DNA of 64,000 nucleotides from Burkholderiaceae bacterium (GTDB taxonomy: Bacteria; Pseudomonadota; Gammaproteobacteria; Burkholderiales; Burkholderiaceae_C). The notes under the pieces were generated by a model. That model saw only the letters and a list, made by a program, of their open reading frames with translations, made no database searches and was not told the origin of the DNA. Location of the stretch: contig JAWKYM010000011.1 of NCBI GenBank assembly GCA_041396485.1, positions 10,948 through 74,947 on the forward strand, written 5' to 3'. Positions 21,396-32,706 of this stretch are shown piece by piece. The position numbers and the translations under genes are program-made. The stretch's first letter is position 1, and each line of letters starts with the position of its first letter.

Positions 21396-22097
21396 ATGGC
21401 AGACAAGCATCTTTCTTCCCAGTTCGACAGCGAACTCAACCAGGTCTCGGCCCGCGTCATGGAGCTGGGCGGCCTGGTCGAGTCGCAGATCCGCCAGGCC
21501 ATCGTCGCGCTCTCGGAGTTCAGCCTGGAGGCCGCCGAGCGCGTGCAGGTCATCGAGAACCGCGTCAACCAGATGGAAGTGGAGATCGATCACGAACTCA
21601 TCACCATCATCGCCCGGCGCCAGCCCACGGCGCGCGACCTGCGCCTGGTGATGGCGTTCTCCAAGGCCACCGCCAATCTCGAGCGCATGGGCGACGAGGC
21701 GACGCGCATGGCGCGCATGGTGCGCTCCATCATCGAGAGCGGCGCGGCGCGCTCGCTGCCTTCCAGCGACCTGCGGGTGGCCGCCGACCTGGCCTCGGGC
21801 CTGCTGCGCAAGGCGCTGGACGCCTTTGCGCGCCTCGATACCCGGGCCGCGCTGGCCATCCTGAAGGAAGACGACCTGATCGACCGCGAGTTCGACGGCT
21901 TCATGCGCAAGCTCATCACCTACATGATGGAAGACGCGCGCACCATCTCGCCCAGCCTGGACCTGCTGTTCCTGGCCAAGGCCATCGAGCGCATCGGCGA
22001 TCATTCCAAGAACATCGCCGAGCTCATCATCTACCTGGTTGAAGGCAAGGACATCCGTCACCAGGCACTGGAAAGCATCGAGTCCGTCGTTCAATGA
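21396..22097 (+). CDS. phoU: phosphate signalling regulator PhoU
   Basis: 233 aa from the ATG at 21396, with duplicated PhoU repeats (RDLRLVMAFSKATANLERMGD / LLFLAKAIERIGDHSKNI). Confidence 0.93.
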   Translation: MADKHLSSQFDSELNQVSARVMELGGLVESQIRQAIVALSEFSLEAAERVQVIENRVNQMEVEIDHELITIIARRQPTARDLRLVMAFSKATANLERMGDEATRMARMVRSIIESGAARSLPSSDLRVAADLASGLLRKALDAFARLDTRAALAILKEDDLIDREFDGFMRKLITYMMEDARTISPSLDLLFLAKAIERIGDHSKNIAELIIYLVEGKDIRHQALESIESVVQ

Positions 22098-22182
22098 GGA
22101 CCCACAGCCCCCACGCTGGTGCGCTTCGCACAAGCCAGTGTCCCCCGAAAGGGCCGCTTTTTCATCTTGGGGCGGCCCGGCG

Positions 22183-22887
22183 ATGAAACAGTTTCCCCGT
22201 GTCCTCATCGTCGAGGACGAAGCCCCCATTGCCGAGCTGATCGCCGTCAACCTGCGGCACAACGGCTTCACGCCCATCTGGGCCGAGGACGGCGAGTCCG
22301 CGCAGCGCGAGCTGGATGCCGTGTTGCCCGACGTGGTGCTGCTCGACTGGATGCTGCCCGGCCAGAGCGGCCTGCAACTGGCGCGCAAGTGGCGCGCCGA
22401 CGCGCGCACCAAGCTCATCCCCATCCTGATGCTGACCGCGCGCGGCGACGAGCCCGACAAGGTGAGCGGCCTGGACGCCGGCGCCGACGACTACATCACC
22501 AAGCCCTTTTCCACCCAGGAGCTGCTGGCGCGCATCCGCGCCGTGCTGCGCCGGCGCGCGCCCGAGCAGGTGGCCGACAGCGTCGCCATCGGCGCCCTGA
22601 CGCTCGATGCCGCGGCGCATCGCGTCAGCCTGGCCGGCCAGCCCCTGAAGCTGGGGCCGACCGAGTTCAAGCTGCTGCACTACCTGATGAAGCATGCCGA
22701 GCGCGTGCACAGCCGCGCCCAGTTGCTCGACAAGATCTGGGGCGACCACGTATTCATCGAGGAGCGCACGGTGGACGTGCACATCAAGCGCCTGCGCGAG
22801 GCGCTGGGCGAGGCCAGCGTCATGCTGGAGACGGTGCGCGGCGCCGGCTACCGGCTCAGCGCGTCGGCGGCACCCAGTGGCAAGTGA
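22183..22887 (+). CDS. phoB: phosphate regulon response regulator PhoB
   Basis: 234 aa. VLIVEDEAPI...LLDWMLPG receiver domain plus an OmpR-type winged helix (VDVHIKRLR...RGAGYRL). Confidence 0.95.
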   Translation: MKQFPRVLIVEDEAPIAELIAVNLRHNGFTPIWAEDGESAQRELDAVLPDVVLLDWMLPGQSGLQLARKWRADARTKLIPILMLTARGDEPDKVSGLDAGADDYITKPFSTQELLARIRAVLRRRAPEQVADSVAIGALTLDAAAHRVSLAGQPLKLGPTEFKLLHYLMKHAERVHSRAQLLDKIWGDHVFIEERTVDVHIKRLREALGEASVMLETVRGAGYRLSASAAPSGK

Positions 22888-22907
22888 GCGACGGTGCGCC
22901 CGATGAT

Positions 22908-22968
22908 TTCAAGCCTTTTGTGCCTCTGGCGCCCGTCCATCAAGCGCAGCAAGCTATATTTATGATAG
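22908..22968 (+). repeat. REP-like element, copy 3 (phoB-phoR spacer)
   Basis: TTCAAGCCttttgTGCCTCTGGCGCccgtccatcAAGCGCAGCAAGCTATatttatgATAG. Confidence 0.85.
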
Positions 22969-22981
22969 TTTTCACCGGTTC

Positions 22982-24327
<1,346 letters not shown>

Positions 24328-24339
24328 GTGCCGCGACGC

Positions 24340-24427
24340 TGGCGGAAGGGGTGGGATTCGAACCCACGGACGCTTGCGCGTCGCCGGTTTTCAAGACCGG
24401 TGCAATCGACCACTCTGCCACCCTTCC
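24340..24427 (-). tRNA. tRNA-Ser (anticodon TGA)
   Basis: Minus strand GGAAGGGTGGCAGAGTGGTCGATTGCACCGGTCTTGAAAACCGG...long variable arm...GGTTCGAATCCCACCCCTTCCGCCA. Confidence 0.9.
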
Positions 24428-24481
24428 GTGGGTGAAAGCTGAAATTCTATCGGCCTGGTTGCGGGTCCAGCCTTGGACAGG

Positions 24482-24510
24482 CAAAAAGAAACCCGCTGCG
24501 GGCAGCGGGT
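24482..24510 (-). terminator. rho-independent terminator after rpmG
   Basis: Minus strand ACCCGCTGC-ccg-GCAGCGGGT followed by TTCTTTTT. Confidence 0.8.
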
Positions 24511-24534
24511 TGTTGTCGCATCAAGGGCCGAAGA

Positions 24535-24705
24535 TCACTTCAGCTTGATTTCCTTGTACTCGACGTGCTTGCGTGCCTTGGGGTCGAACTTCATGATCGA
24601 CATCTTCTCGGGCATGGTCTTCTTGTTCTTGCTGGTGGTGTAGAAGTGACCGGTGCCGGCCGTGGATTCCAGCTTGATTTTTTCGCGTCCGCCTTTGGTG
24701 GCCAT
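24535..24705 (-). CDS. rpmG: 50S ribosomal protein L33
   Basis: 56-aa ORF, below the track cutoff and translated by hand: [56 protein letters not shown]. Confidence 0.93.
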   Translation of the reverse strand: MATKGGREKIKLESTAGTGHFYTTSKNKKTMPEKMSIMKFDPKARKHVEYKEIKLK

Positions 24706-24725
24706 GATGGTGCTCCTTCAGTGAA

Positions 24726-24959
24726 TCAAGCCTGGCCGCGTGCGCGCATGTCGGCGAGCACGGACTCGATGCCATTCTTGTCGATCAGTCGCAGCGCGGC
24801 GCTGGACACGCGCAGACGCACCCAGCGGTTTTCGCTCTCGACCCAGAAACGCCGGTACTGCAGGTTGGGCAGGAAACGACGTTTGGTTTTGTTGTTGGCG
24901 TGGGAAACGTTGTTCCCGACCATGGGCTTCTTGCCCGTGACTTCGCACACGCGTGCCAT
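24726..24959 (-). CDS. rpmB: 50S ribosomal protein L28
   Basis: 77 aa from the internal ATG at 24957-24959, [34 protein letters not shown]... Confidence 0.95.
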   Translation of the reverse strand: MARVCEVTGKKPMVGNNVSHANNKTKRRFLPNLQYRRFWVESENRWVRLRVSSAALRLIDKNGIESVLADMRARGQA

Positions 24960-25124
24960 GAGAAATGCTCTCCAGTCCATCCGGTCTTCGCTGGCGCCGC
25001 GGCTTGCTTGCGCGACTCGCTCGGACCTCACCTCGCCATGAATGGGGTGGCGGTGGCCCCTTGGGCTTCACGATTTCAGACCGGCGTCAGCGCCAATCGG
25101 CCTCGTGAAGAACTCGGCATTATA
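24960..25124 (-). promoter_or_regulatory. candidate rpmB-rpmG promoter (-10 TATAAT) and structured leader of roughly 150 nt
   Basis: The minus strand reads TATAAT at 25119-25124. An 8-bp stem CTTCACGA/TCGTGAAG (25066-25073 with 25103-25110) encloses a GC-rich interior. No convincing -35 box. Confidence 0.3.
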
Positions 25125-25342
25125 GCCGCATGCGCGCGCCCTGGGCCACGCCGGTGGCCCGGCCTTGCAGGGAGGTAGGGGACGCGTCGAAGACGTCGCC
25201 TTGCGATGGCGCAGGCGGGCCGCCGAAGGCCTGTTCAAAGGGTGCGCGTGCGCCAAGCAGATAAAATACGCGGTTCGCCGCATTTCAATGAGGCGGCTGG
25301 CGCCAATGTGCGCCTGCCGTCCGATTCGTTTGAACCCTGTTC

Positions 25343-25429
25343 GCGCGGGTGGCGAAATTGGTAGACGCACCAGGTTTAGGTCCTGACGCCCGCGAGGGTG
25401 TGGGGGTTCGAGTCCCCCCCCGCGCACCA
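25343..25429 (+). tRNA. tRNA-Leu (anticodon TAG)
   Basis: GCGCGGGTGGCGAAATTGGTAGACGCACCAGGTTTAGGTCCTG...GGTTCGAGTCCCCCCCGCGCACCA. Long variable arm. Ends 25 nt before the tig ATG. Confidence 0.9.
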
Positions 25430-25454
25430 CCTTCAACTTGACTGAGAGATCCCC

Positions 25455-26774
25455 ATGGCCGTGAATGTCGAAACCCTGGAAAAACTCGAGCGCAAGATGA
25501 CGCTCACCCTGCCGATGGACACCATCCGCAACGAGGTGGACGCGCGTCTGCGCAAGCTGGCCCGCACCGTGAAGATGGACGGCTTTCGTCCCGGCAAGGT
25601 GCCGATGAGCATCGTGGCGCAGCGCTACGGCTATTCGGTGCAGTACGAGGTGATGAACGACAAGGTGGGCGAGGCGTTTTTCAGCGCCGCCAACGAGGCT
25701 GAGCTGCGCGTGGCGGGCCAGCCCACCATCACCGAAAAGGACGGCGCGCCCGAGGGCCAGATGGCTTTTGACGCGGTGTTCGAGGTATTTCCCGAGGTCA
25801 AGATCGGTGATCTGGCCACGGCCGAGATCGAGCGCGCCAGTGCCGCCGTGACGGACGAGGCCATCGACCGCACGCTGGAGATCCTGCGCAAGCAGCGCCG
25901 CAGTTTTGCCCAGCGCGCGCAGGGTGCCGGTGCCGAGGACGGCGACCGCGTGACGGTGGACTTTGTCGGCAAGATCGACGGCGAACCCTTCGACGGCGGC
26001 AAGGCCGAGGACTTTGCCTTCGTCATTGCCGAGGGCCAGATGCTGCCCGAGTTCGAAACCGCGGTGCGCGGCATGAAAGTGGGCGAGAGCAAGACCTTCC
26101 CGCTGGCCTTCCCGGCCGACTACCACGGCAAGGACGTGGCCGGCAAGACGGCCGACTTCATGGTCACGGTCAAGAAGATCGAGGCGGCGCACCTGCCCGA
26201 GGTCAACGAGCAACTGGCCAAGTCGCTGGGCGTGGACGGCGGCACCGTCGAGGGCCTGCGTGCCGACATCAAGAAGAACCTCGAGCGCGAGATCAAGTTC
26301 CGCCTGAATGCGCGCAACAAACAGGCCGTGATGGATGCGCTGCTGGCCAAGTCCGAGCTGGACGTGCCCAAGGCCAGCGTGCAGGCCGAGGTGGACCGCA
26401 TGGTCGAAAGCGCTCGGGGCGACCTGAAGGCGCGCGGCATGAAGGACAAGGACATCGAGAAGCTGCCCATGCCCGAAGACGCCTTCCGCCCGCAGGCCGA
26501 GCGCCGCGTGCGCCTGGGCCTGGTGGTGGCCGAGCTGGTGAAGACGGCCAAGCTGCAGGCCACGCCCGAGCAGATCAAGGCCCAGGTCGAGGAGCTGGCC
26601 GCCAGCTACGAGAAGCCGGCCGAGGTGGTGCGCTACTACTACGCCGACAACCGCCGCCTGGCGGACGTCGAGGCCATGGTGATCGAAAACAACGTGACCG
26701 AGCACGTGCTGGGCCAGGCCAAGGTGACCGACAAGGCGCTGGGCTTTGACGAGCTGATGGGCCAGCAGGCCTGA
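25455..26774 (+). CDS. tig: trigger factor
   Basis: 439 aa. N-terminal ribosome-binding motif GFRPGKVP, an FKBP-type domain, upstream of clpP-clpX-lon. Confidence 0.95.
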   Translation: MAVNVETLEKLERKMTLTLPMDTIRNEVDARLRKLARTVKMDGFRPGKVPMSIVAQRYGYSVQYEVMNDKVGEAFFSAANEAELRVAGQPTITEKDGAPEGQMAFDAVFEVFPEVKIGDLATAEIERASAAVTDEAIDRTLEILRKQRRSFAQRAQGAGAEDGDRVTVDFVGKIDGEPFDGGKAEDFAFVIAEGQMLPEFETAVRGMKVGESKTFPLAFPADYHGKDVAGKTADFMVTVKKIEAAHLPEVNEQLAKSLGVDGGTVEGLRADIKKNLEREIKFRLNARNKQAVMDALLAKSELDVPKASVQAEVDRMVESARGDLKARGMKDKDIEKLPMPEDAFRPQAERRVRLGLVVAELVKTAKLQATPEQIKAQVEELAASYEKPAEVVRYYYADNRRLADVEAMVIENNVTEHVLGQAKVTDKALGFDELMGQQA

Positions 26775-26777
26775 TTG

Positions 26778-26838
26778 CTATAGAAATCGAAACTGCTTGC
26801 GCGCGGTGCATCTGCGCTGCAAGCCGATTTGATTGGTA
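26778..26838 (-). repeat. REP-like element, copy 4 (tig-clpP spacer)
   Basis: CTATagaaatcgaaACTGCTTGCGCgcggtgcatctGCGCTGCAAGCCgATTTGATTGG. Starts 4 nt after the tig stop. Confidence 0.7.
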
Positions 26839-26930
26839 AACCGGTCGGGCTCGGCCCGGCAGCGACAATGGGGTCTGGAATCCGGCGGTTCCGGCCCCAT
26901 TTGCCATTCATTTCCCCTGACGGAGCTTTC

Positions 26931-27542
26931 ATGAGCGCACTTGCCTCTCCCCAAAACCTCGGGCTGATCCCGATGGTGATCGAGCAGTCCGGCCGCGGCG
27001 AGCGGTCGTTCGACATCTATTCGCGCCTGCTCAAGGAGCGCGTGATCTTTCTGGTGGGCGAGGTCAACGACCAGACCGCCAACCTGGTGGTGGCGCAGCT
27101 GCTGTTCCTGGAAAGCGAGAACCCCGACAAGGACATTTCGTTCTACATCAACTCGCCCGGCGGCAGCGTGACGGCGGGCATGTCGATCTACGACACCATG
27201 CAGTTCATCAAGCCCGACGTGTCCACCATGTGCCTGGGCTTTGCCGCCAGCATGGGCGCGTTCCTGCTGGCCGCCGGCGCCAAGGGCAAGCGCTACTCGC
27301 TGCCCAACAGCAAGATCATGATCCACCAGGTGCTGGGCGGCGCGCAGGGCCAGGCCACCGACATCGAGATCCAGGCGCGCGACATCCTGCGCACCAAGGA
27401 GCAGATGAACCGCATCCTGGCCGAGCGCACCGGCCAGCCCTACGAGAAGGTGGTGCAGGACACCGAGCGCGACTACTACATGACGGCCGACGAGGCCCGC
27501 GACTACGGCATCATCGACCAGGTTCTGGCCCAGCGTCCCTGA
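26931..27542 (+). CDS. clpP: ATP-dependent Clp protease proteolytic subunit
   Basis: 203 aa from the ATG at 26931, [30 protein letters not shown]...[11 protein letters not shown]...MIHQ (Ser-His-Asp triad context). Confidence 0.96.
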   Translation: MSALASPQNLGLIPMVIEQSGRGERSFDIYSRLLKERVIFLVGEVNDQTANLVVAQLLFLESENPDKDISFYINSPGGSVTAGMSIYDTMQFIKPDVSTMCLGFAASMGAFLLAAGAKGKRYSLPNSKIMIHQVLGGAQGQATDIEIQARDILRTKEQMNRILAERTGQPYEKVVQDTERDYYMTADEARDYGIIDQVLAQRP

Positions 27543-27602
27543 GGCACGCGCCGCGGCGCGTTTTCGCTATCATGGTCCGACCCCTTCACTGAGTTTGCGT
27601 CA

Positions 27603-28868
<1,266 letters not shown>

Positions 28869-28869
28869 T

Positions 28870-28930
28870 TTGAAGCCAAATTGACCTGCAGCCCGCGCAC
28901 ATCAAGCGCAAGAAGCTATATTTTTTGTAG
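28870..28930 (+). repeat. REP-like element, copy 5 (clpX-lon spacer)
   Basis: TTGAAGCCAAATTGACCTGCAGCCCGCgcacatcAAGCGCAAGAAGCTATattttttGTAG. Starts 2 nt after the clpX stop. Confidence 0.85.
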
Positions 28931-29056
28931 TAAACCGCCAAGTCGCGATCCGGCCCCTCGGCCGGGCCGGCCGGCTTGACCCGCCCGGCGCCGCGCCGGG
29001 TTGAAAATCAGGGCCCGCGTCGCCACCTCAGGCCCGAACACGCACAAGGACTTGCC

Positions 29057-31522
29057 ATGCCCGGAACCACGCCCCTGCCCGCCACCCCGGTCGATCTGCC
29101 CCTGCTGCCACTGCGCGACGTGGTGGTGTTCCCGCATATGGTCATCCCGCTGTTTGTCGGGCGGCCCAAGAGCATCAAGGCGCTGGAGATGGCCATGGCC
29201 CAGGATCGCCGCATCATGCTGGTGGCCCAGCGTGCGGCCGCCAAGGACGAGCCGGCCGTCACCGACATGTTCGAGGTCGGCTGCGTGTCCACCATCCTGC
29301 AGATGCTCAAGCTCCCCGACGGCACGGTGAAAGTGCTGGTCGAGGGTCAGCAGCGCGCCACCGTGACGCACATCGAGGAGGGCGAGACGCACTTTGTCGC
29401 CACCGTCACCCCGCTGGCTGCCGACGAGACCGACCTGGACAACGCCGAGGTCGAGGCGCTGCGCCGCGCGGTGATGCAGCAGTTCGACCAGTACGTCAAG
29501 CTCAACAAGAAGATCCCGCCCGAAATCCTCACCTCGATCGCCAGCATCGACGAGGCCGGCCGCCTGGCCGACACCATTGCCGCGCACCTGCCGCTCAAGC
29601 TGGAGAGCAAGCAGGGCGTGCTCGACTTGGCCAGCGTGAAGGCGCGCCTGGAAAGCCTGTTCGAGCAGCTCGAGCGCGAGGTGGACATCCTCAACGTGGA
29701 CAAGAAGATCCGTGGCCGCGTCAAGCGCCAGATGGAGAAGAACCAGCGCGACTTCTACTTGAACGAGCAGGTCAAGGCGATCCAGAAGGAGCTGGGCGAG
29801 GGCGAAGAGGGCGCCGACATCGAGGAGATCGAGAAGAAGATCAAGGCCGCGCGCATGCCCAAGGACGCGCGCAAGAAGGCCGAGGGCGAGTTGAAGAAGC
29901 TCAAGCTGATGTCACCCATGTCGGCCGAGGCCACCGTGGTGCGCAACTACATCGACGTGCTGGTGGGCCTGCCTTGGGCCAAGAAGACCAAGATCAAGCA
30001 CGACCTGGCCTACGCCGAGAACGTGCTCAACGAGGACCACTACGGCCTGGAGAAGGTCAAGGACCGCATCCTTGAATACCTCGCCGTGCAACGGCGCGTG
30101 GACAAGGTCAAGGCGCCCATCCTGTGCCTGGTGGGCCCGCCCGGTGTGGGCAAGACCTCGCTGGGCCAGTCGGTGGCCAAGGCCACCGGGCGCAAGTACG
30201 TGCGCATGGCGCTGGGCGGCATGCGCGACGAAGCCGAGATCCGCGGCCACCGCCGCACCTACATCGGCGCCATGCCCGGCAAGGTGCTGCAAAGCCTGAA
30301 CAAGGTGGGCACGCGCAACCCGCTGTTCCTGCTCGACGAGATCGACAAGCTGGGCATGGACTTTCGCGGCGACCCGTCCAGCGCGCTGCTGGAGGTGCTG
30401 GACCCCGAGCAGAACCACACTTTTGGCGACCACTACGTCGAGGTCGATTTCGACCTGTCGGACGTGATGTTCGTGGCCACCAGCAACTCGATGAACATCC
30501 CGCCGGCCCTGCTGGACCGGATGGAGGTGATCCACCTGGCCGGCTACACCGAGGACGAGAAGGTCAACATCGCCATCAAGTACCTGCTGCCCAAGCAACT
30601 CAAGAACAACGGCGTGAAGGACAGCGAGCTTGAGGTCGGCGAGGACGCCGTGCGCGACATCGTGCGCTACTACACGCGCGAGGCCGGCGTGCGCTCGCTC
30701 GAGCGCGAGCTCTCCAAGATCTGCCGCAAGGTCGTCAAGGCCCTGCAGCTCGGCCAGATGAAGCCGCGCGTCAAGGTCACGGCCGAGAACCTGAACGAAT
30801 TCCTGGGCGTGCGCAAGTACAGCTTCGGCCGCGCCGAACACAAGAACCAGGTGGGCCAAGTGGTGGGCCTGGCTTGGACCGAAGTGGGAGGCGATCTGCT
30901 CACCATCGAGGCCGCCACCATGCCCGGCAAGGGCGCCATCCAGCGCACCGGCCAGCTGGGCGAGGTGATGAAGGAATCGGTCGATGCGGCGCGCACAGTG
31001 GTGCGTTCGCGGGCACGCGGGCTGGGCATCAAGGACGAGCAGTTCGAAAAGCGCGACATCCACATTCACGTGCCCGATGGCGCTACGCCCAAGGACGGCC
31101 CCAGCGCCGGCGCGGCCATGACCACGGCCATGGTGTCGGCGCTCACCGGCATCCCGGTGCGCGCCGACGTGGCGATGACCGGCGAGATCACGCTGCGCGG
31201 CGAGATCACCGCCATCGGCGGCCTGAAGGAAAAGCTGCTGGCCGCGCTGCGCGGCGGCATCAAGACGGTGTTGATCCCGGAAGAGAACGTCAAGGACCTG
31301 CAGGAGATCCCGGCCAATGTGAAGGAGCACCTGACGATCACGCCGGTGCGCTGGATCGACAAGGTGCTGGAGATCGCGCTGGAGCACCAGCCCGTGCCCC
31401 TGGCCGACGACGACGCCACCGTGACGCCTGCTGCCGTGGTCGCCGCGGCCGCGGCCGCGGCTGCGGCGACCGCACCCGCGGCCAAGCGCAAGACTGGCCG
31501 GGGCAGTGCCGTCAAACATTGA
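29057..31522 (+). CDS. lon: ATP-dependent protease Lon
   Basis: 821 aa from the ATG at 29057. [23 protein letters not shown], Walker A GPPGVGKT, protease site PKDGPSAG. Confidence 0.97.
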   Translation: MPGTTPLPATPVDLPLLPLRDVVVFPHMVIPLFVGRPKSIKALEMAMAQDRRIMLVAQRAAAKDEPAVTDMFEVGCVSTILQMLKLPDGTVKVLVEGQQRATVTHIEEGETHFVATVTPLAADETDLDNAEVEALRRAVMQQFDQYVKLNKKIPPEILTSIASIDEAGRLADTIAAHLPLKLESKQGVLDLASVKARLESLFEQLEREVDILNVDKKIRGRVKRQMEKNQRDFYLNEQVKAIQKELGEGEEGADIEEIEKKIKAARMPKDARKKAEGELKKLKLMSPMSAEATVVRNYIDVLVGLPWAKKTKIKHDLAYAENVLNEDHYGLEKVKDRILEYLAVQRRVDKVKAPILCLVGPPGVGKTSLGQSVAKATGRKYVRMALGGMRDEAEIRGHRRTYIGAMPGKVLQSLNKVGTRNPLFLLDEIDKLGMDFRGDPSSALLEVLDPEQNHTFGDHYVEVDFDLSDVMFVATSNSMNIPPALLDRMEVIHLAGYTEDEKVNIAIKYLLPKQLKNNGVKDSELEVGEDAVRDIVRYYTREAGVRSLERELSKICRKVVKALQLGQMKPRVKVTAENLNEFLGVRKYSFGRAEHKNQVGQVVGLAWTEVGGDLLTIEAATMPGKGAIQRTGQLGEVMKESVDAARTVVRSRARGLGIKDEQFEKRDIHIHVPDGATPKDGPSAGAAMTTAMVSALTGIPVRADVAMTGEITLRGEITAIGGLKEKLLAALRGGIKTVLIPEENVKDLQEIPANVKEHLTITPVRWIDKVLEIALEHQPVPLADDDATVTPAAVVAAAAAAAAATAPAAKRKTGRGSAVKH

Positions 31523-31601
31523 GGGTCGAAGTTTTTTTGAAAATTTTCGGCATGCCGCGCATAGGCAGTCGGTTTTCAGGCTACAATACAAGGCTTGCAA
31601 C

Positions 31602-31677
31602 GCGGGAATAGCTCAGTTGGTAGAGCGCAACCTTGCCAAGGTTGAGGTCGCGAGTTCGAGCCTCGTTTCCCGCTCCA
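31602..31677 (+). tRNA. tRNA-Gly (anticodon GCC)
   Basis: GCGGGAATAGCTCAGTTGGTAGAGCGCAACCTTGCCAAGGTTGAGGTCGCGAGTTCGAGCCTCGTTTCCCGCTCCA. Confidence 0.92.
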
Positions 31678-31717
31678 TTCATCCAGTGTTCGGTCCACCA
31701 AGCCGGGCACGTCAGCC

Positions 31718-31748
31718 AAAAAAAGGAAGCATCCGCTTCCTTTTTTTT
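31718..31748. terminator. terminator-like hairpin (A7-stem-T8) inside the tRNA Gly-Cys-Leu cluster
   Basis: AAAAAAA-GGAAGC-atcc-GCTTCC-TTTTTTTT between tRNA-Gly and tRNA-Cys. Confidence 0.55.
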
Positions 31749-31763
31749 CAGCTGGTTGAATAC

Positions 31764-31837
31764 GGCGCGATAGCAAAGCGGTTATGCAACGGATTGCAAA
31801 TCCGTCCAGTCCGGTTCGACTCCGGATCGCGCCTCCA
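31764..31837 (+). tRNA. tRNA-Cys (anticodon GCA)
   Basis: GGCGCGATAGCAAAGCGGTTATGCAACGGATTGCAAATCCGTCCAGTCCGGTTCGACTCCGGATCGCGCCTCCA. Confidence 0.92.
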
Positions 31838-31927
31838 CCGCCCTTCTTTCCACACTGCCTTTCTCGACCAATGGTCGCGGGTATTTGTGCCGGCGCATGA
31901 GGCTTGAGCCTGCGACAATGCGCTTTG

Positions 31928-32020
31928 GCCCCGGTGGTGAAATCGGTAGACACAGCGGACTTAAAATCCGCCGCTTTCCCGCAAGGGGGCGTGCCGGTTC
32001 GACCCCGGCCCGGGGCACCA
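31928..32020 (+). tRNA. tRNA-Leu (anticodon TAA)
   Basis: GCCCCGGTGGTGAAATCGGTAGACACAGCGGACTTAAAATCCGC...long variable arm...GCCGGTTCGACCCCGGCCCGGGGCACCA. Confidence 0.85.
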
Positions 32021-32043
32021 GCATCACACAACAGGAAAACGCC

Positions 32044-32670
32044 ATGAATCACGACGACGCACCCTTCGAGATTCACGTGCATGGCGACGTGAAATTGCGC
32101 TCCGACGTGGGCTTCGACGCCCTGCAGGATGCCCTCAAACCCCTCTGGAAATACGCTGGCGCGCGTTCGCTGGCCGATGGCGCGGCCAGCCTGTACGAAG
32201 ACGAGCCGGGCATCCGCTTCGATCCGGCCGAGCACCTGCTGCAGATGTGCTGGACGCTGGCCGGCGACGAGGACTTTCGCCAGCAGCTCGACGACATGTG
32301 CATGAACGTCAACGAGCTCAGCGCCGCCGGTGCCGCGGTCGAGGTGACCTTCTACGACACCGAGTACGACGAGGAGGACGAGGATGCCGGGCGCGAATCG
32401 CGCGACGACTTCCTGCTGCTGTTCGTCGGCCCCACGCCGCAGGCCATCATGCAGGCGCAGCGCGACCTGCTGGTGGAGGACGTGGTCAACCTGATGGAGC
32501 GCCACTTCGACGGCGCCGAGCTGGGCGGCGTGGTGGGCGAGATCGACAAGCTGTTCTCGGCCCGCTTCGACGCCCTGGTCAACTCGCTGCAGATCGGCAA
32601 GCCGCCGCGCGGCGCAGGTGGCGGCACGCCCGGCCATGGCGGCGGCCGCCGGCCGCGCCATCTGCACTGA
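32044..32670 (+). CDS. hypothetical acidic protein with a basic Gly/Arg-rich C-terminal tail
   Basis: 208 aa from the ATG at 32044, with an AGGAAA Shine-Dalgarno 8 nt upstream. Genome-typical GC3-rich codons. Asp/Glu-rich body (YDTEYDEEDEDAG) and tail GKPPRGAGGGTPGHGGGRRPRHLH. I recognise no family. Confidence 0.65.
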   Translation: MNHDDAPFEIHVHGDVKLRSDVGFDALQDALKPLWKYAGARSLADGAASLYEDEPGIRFDPAEHLLQMCWTLAGDEDFRQQLDDMCMNVNELSAAGAAVEVTFYDTEYDEEDEDAGRESRDDFLLLFVGPTPQAIMQAQRDLLVEDVVNLMERHFDGAELGGVVGEIDKLFSARFDALVNSLQIGKPPRGAGGGTPGHGGGRRPRHLH

Positions 32671-32706
32671 AGCGCGGGTCGCGCCGTTGGTGCGGCCGCG
32701 ATTCGA

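Noticed and set aside
24328-24339. Convergent phoR stop and tRNA-Ser 3' end only 12 nt apart with no terminator, considered as a possible integration-site scar.
   Set aside because: The tRNA is intact with a full 3' end, there is no direct repeat of the tRNA 3' half nearby, and the flanking genes are core genes.
25165-25386. 73-aa ORF overlapping tRNA-Leu(TAG), and other short ORFs overlapping tRNA genes (4671..4880, 24138..24484, 31782..32045).
   Set aside because: They overlap clear tRNA cloverleafs and have no coding signature.
31441-31470. GCC/GCG trinucleotide run near the lon 3' end, and the Gly/Arg codon repeats in the rhlE tail (about 48745-48830).
   Set aside because: These are in-frame low-complexity coding sequence (a poly-Ala linker and an RGG tail), not non-coding tandem repeats.
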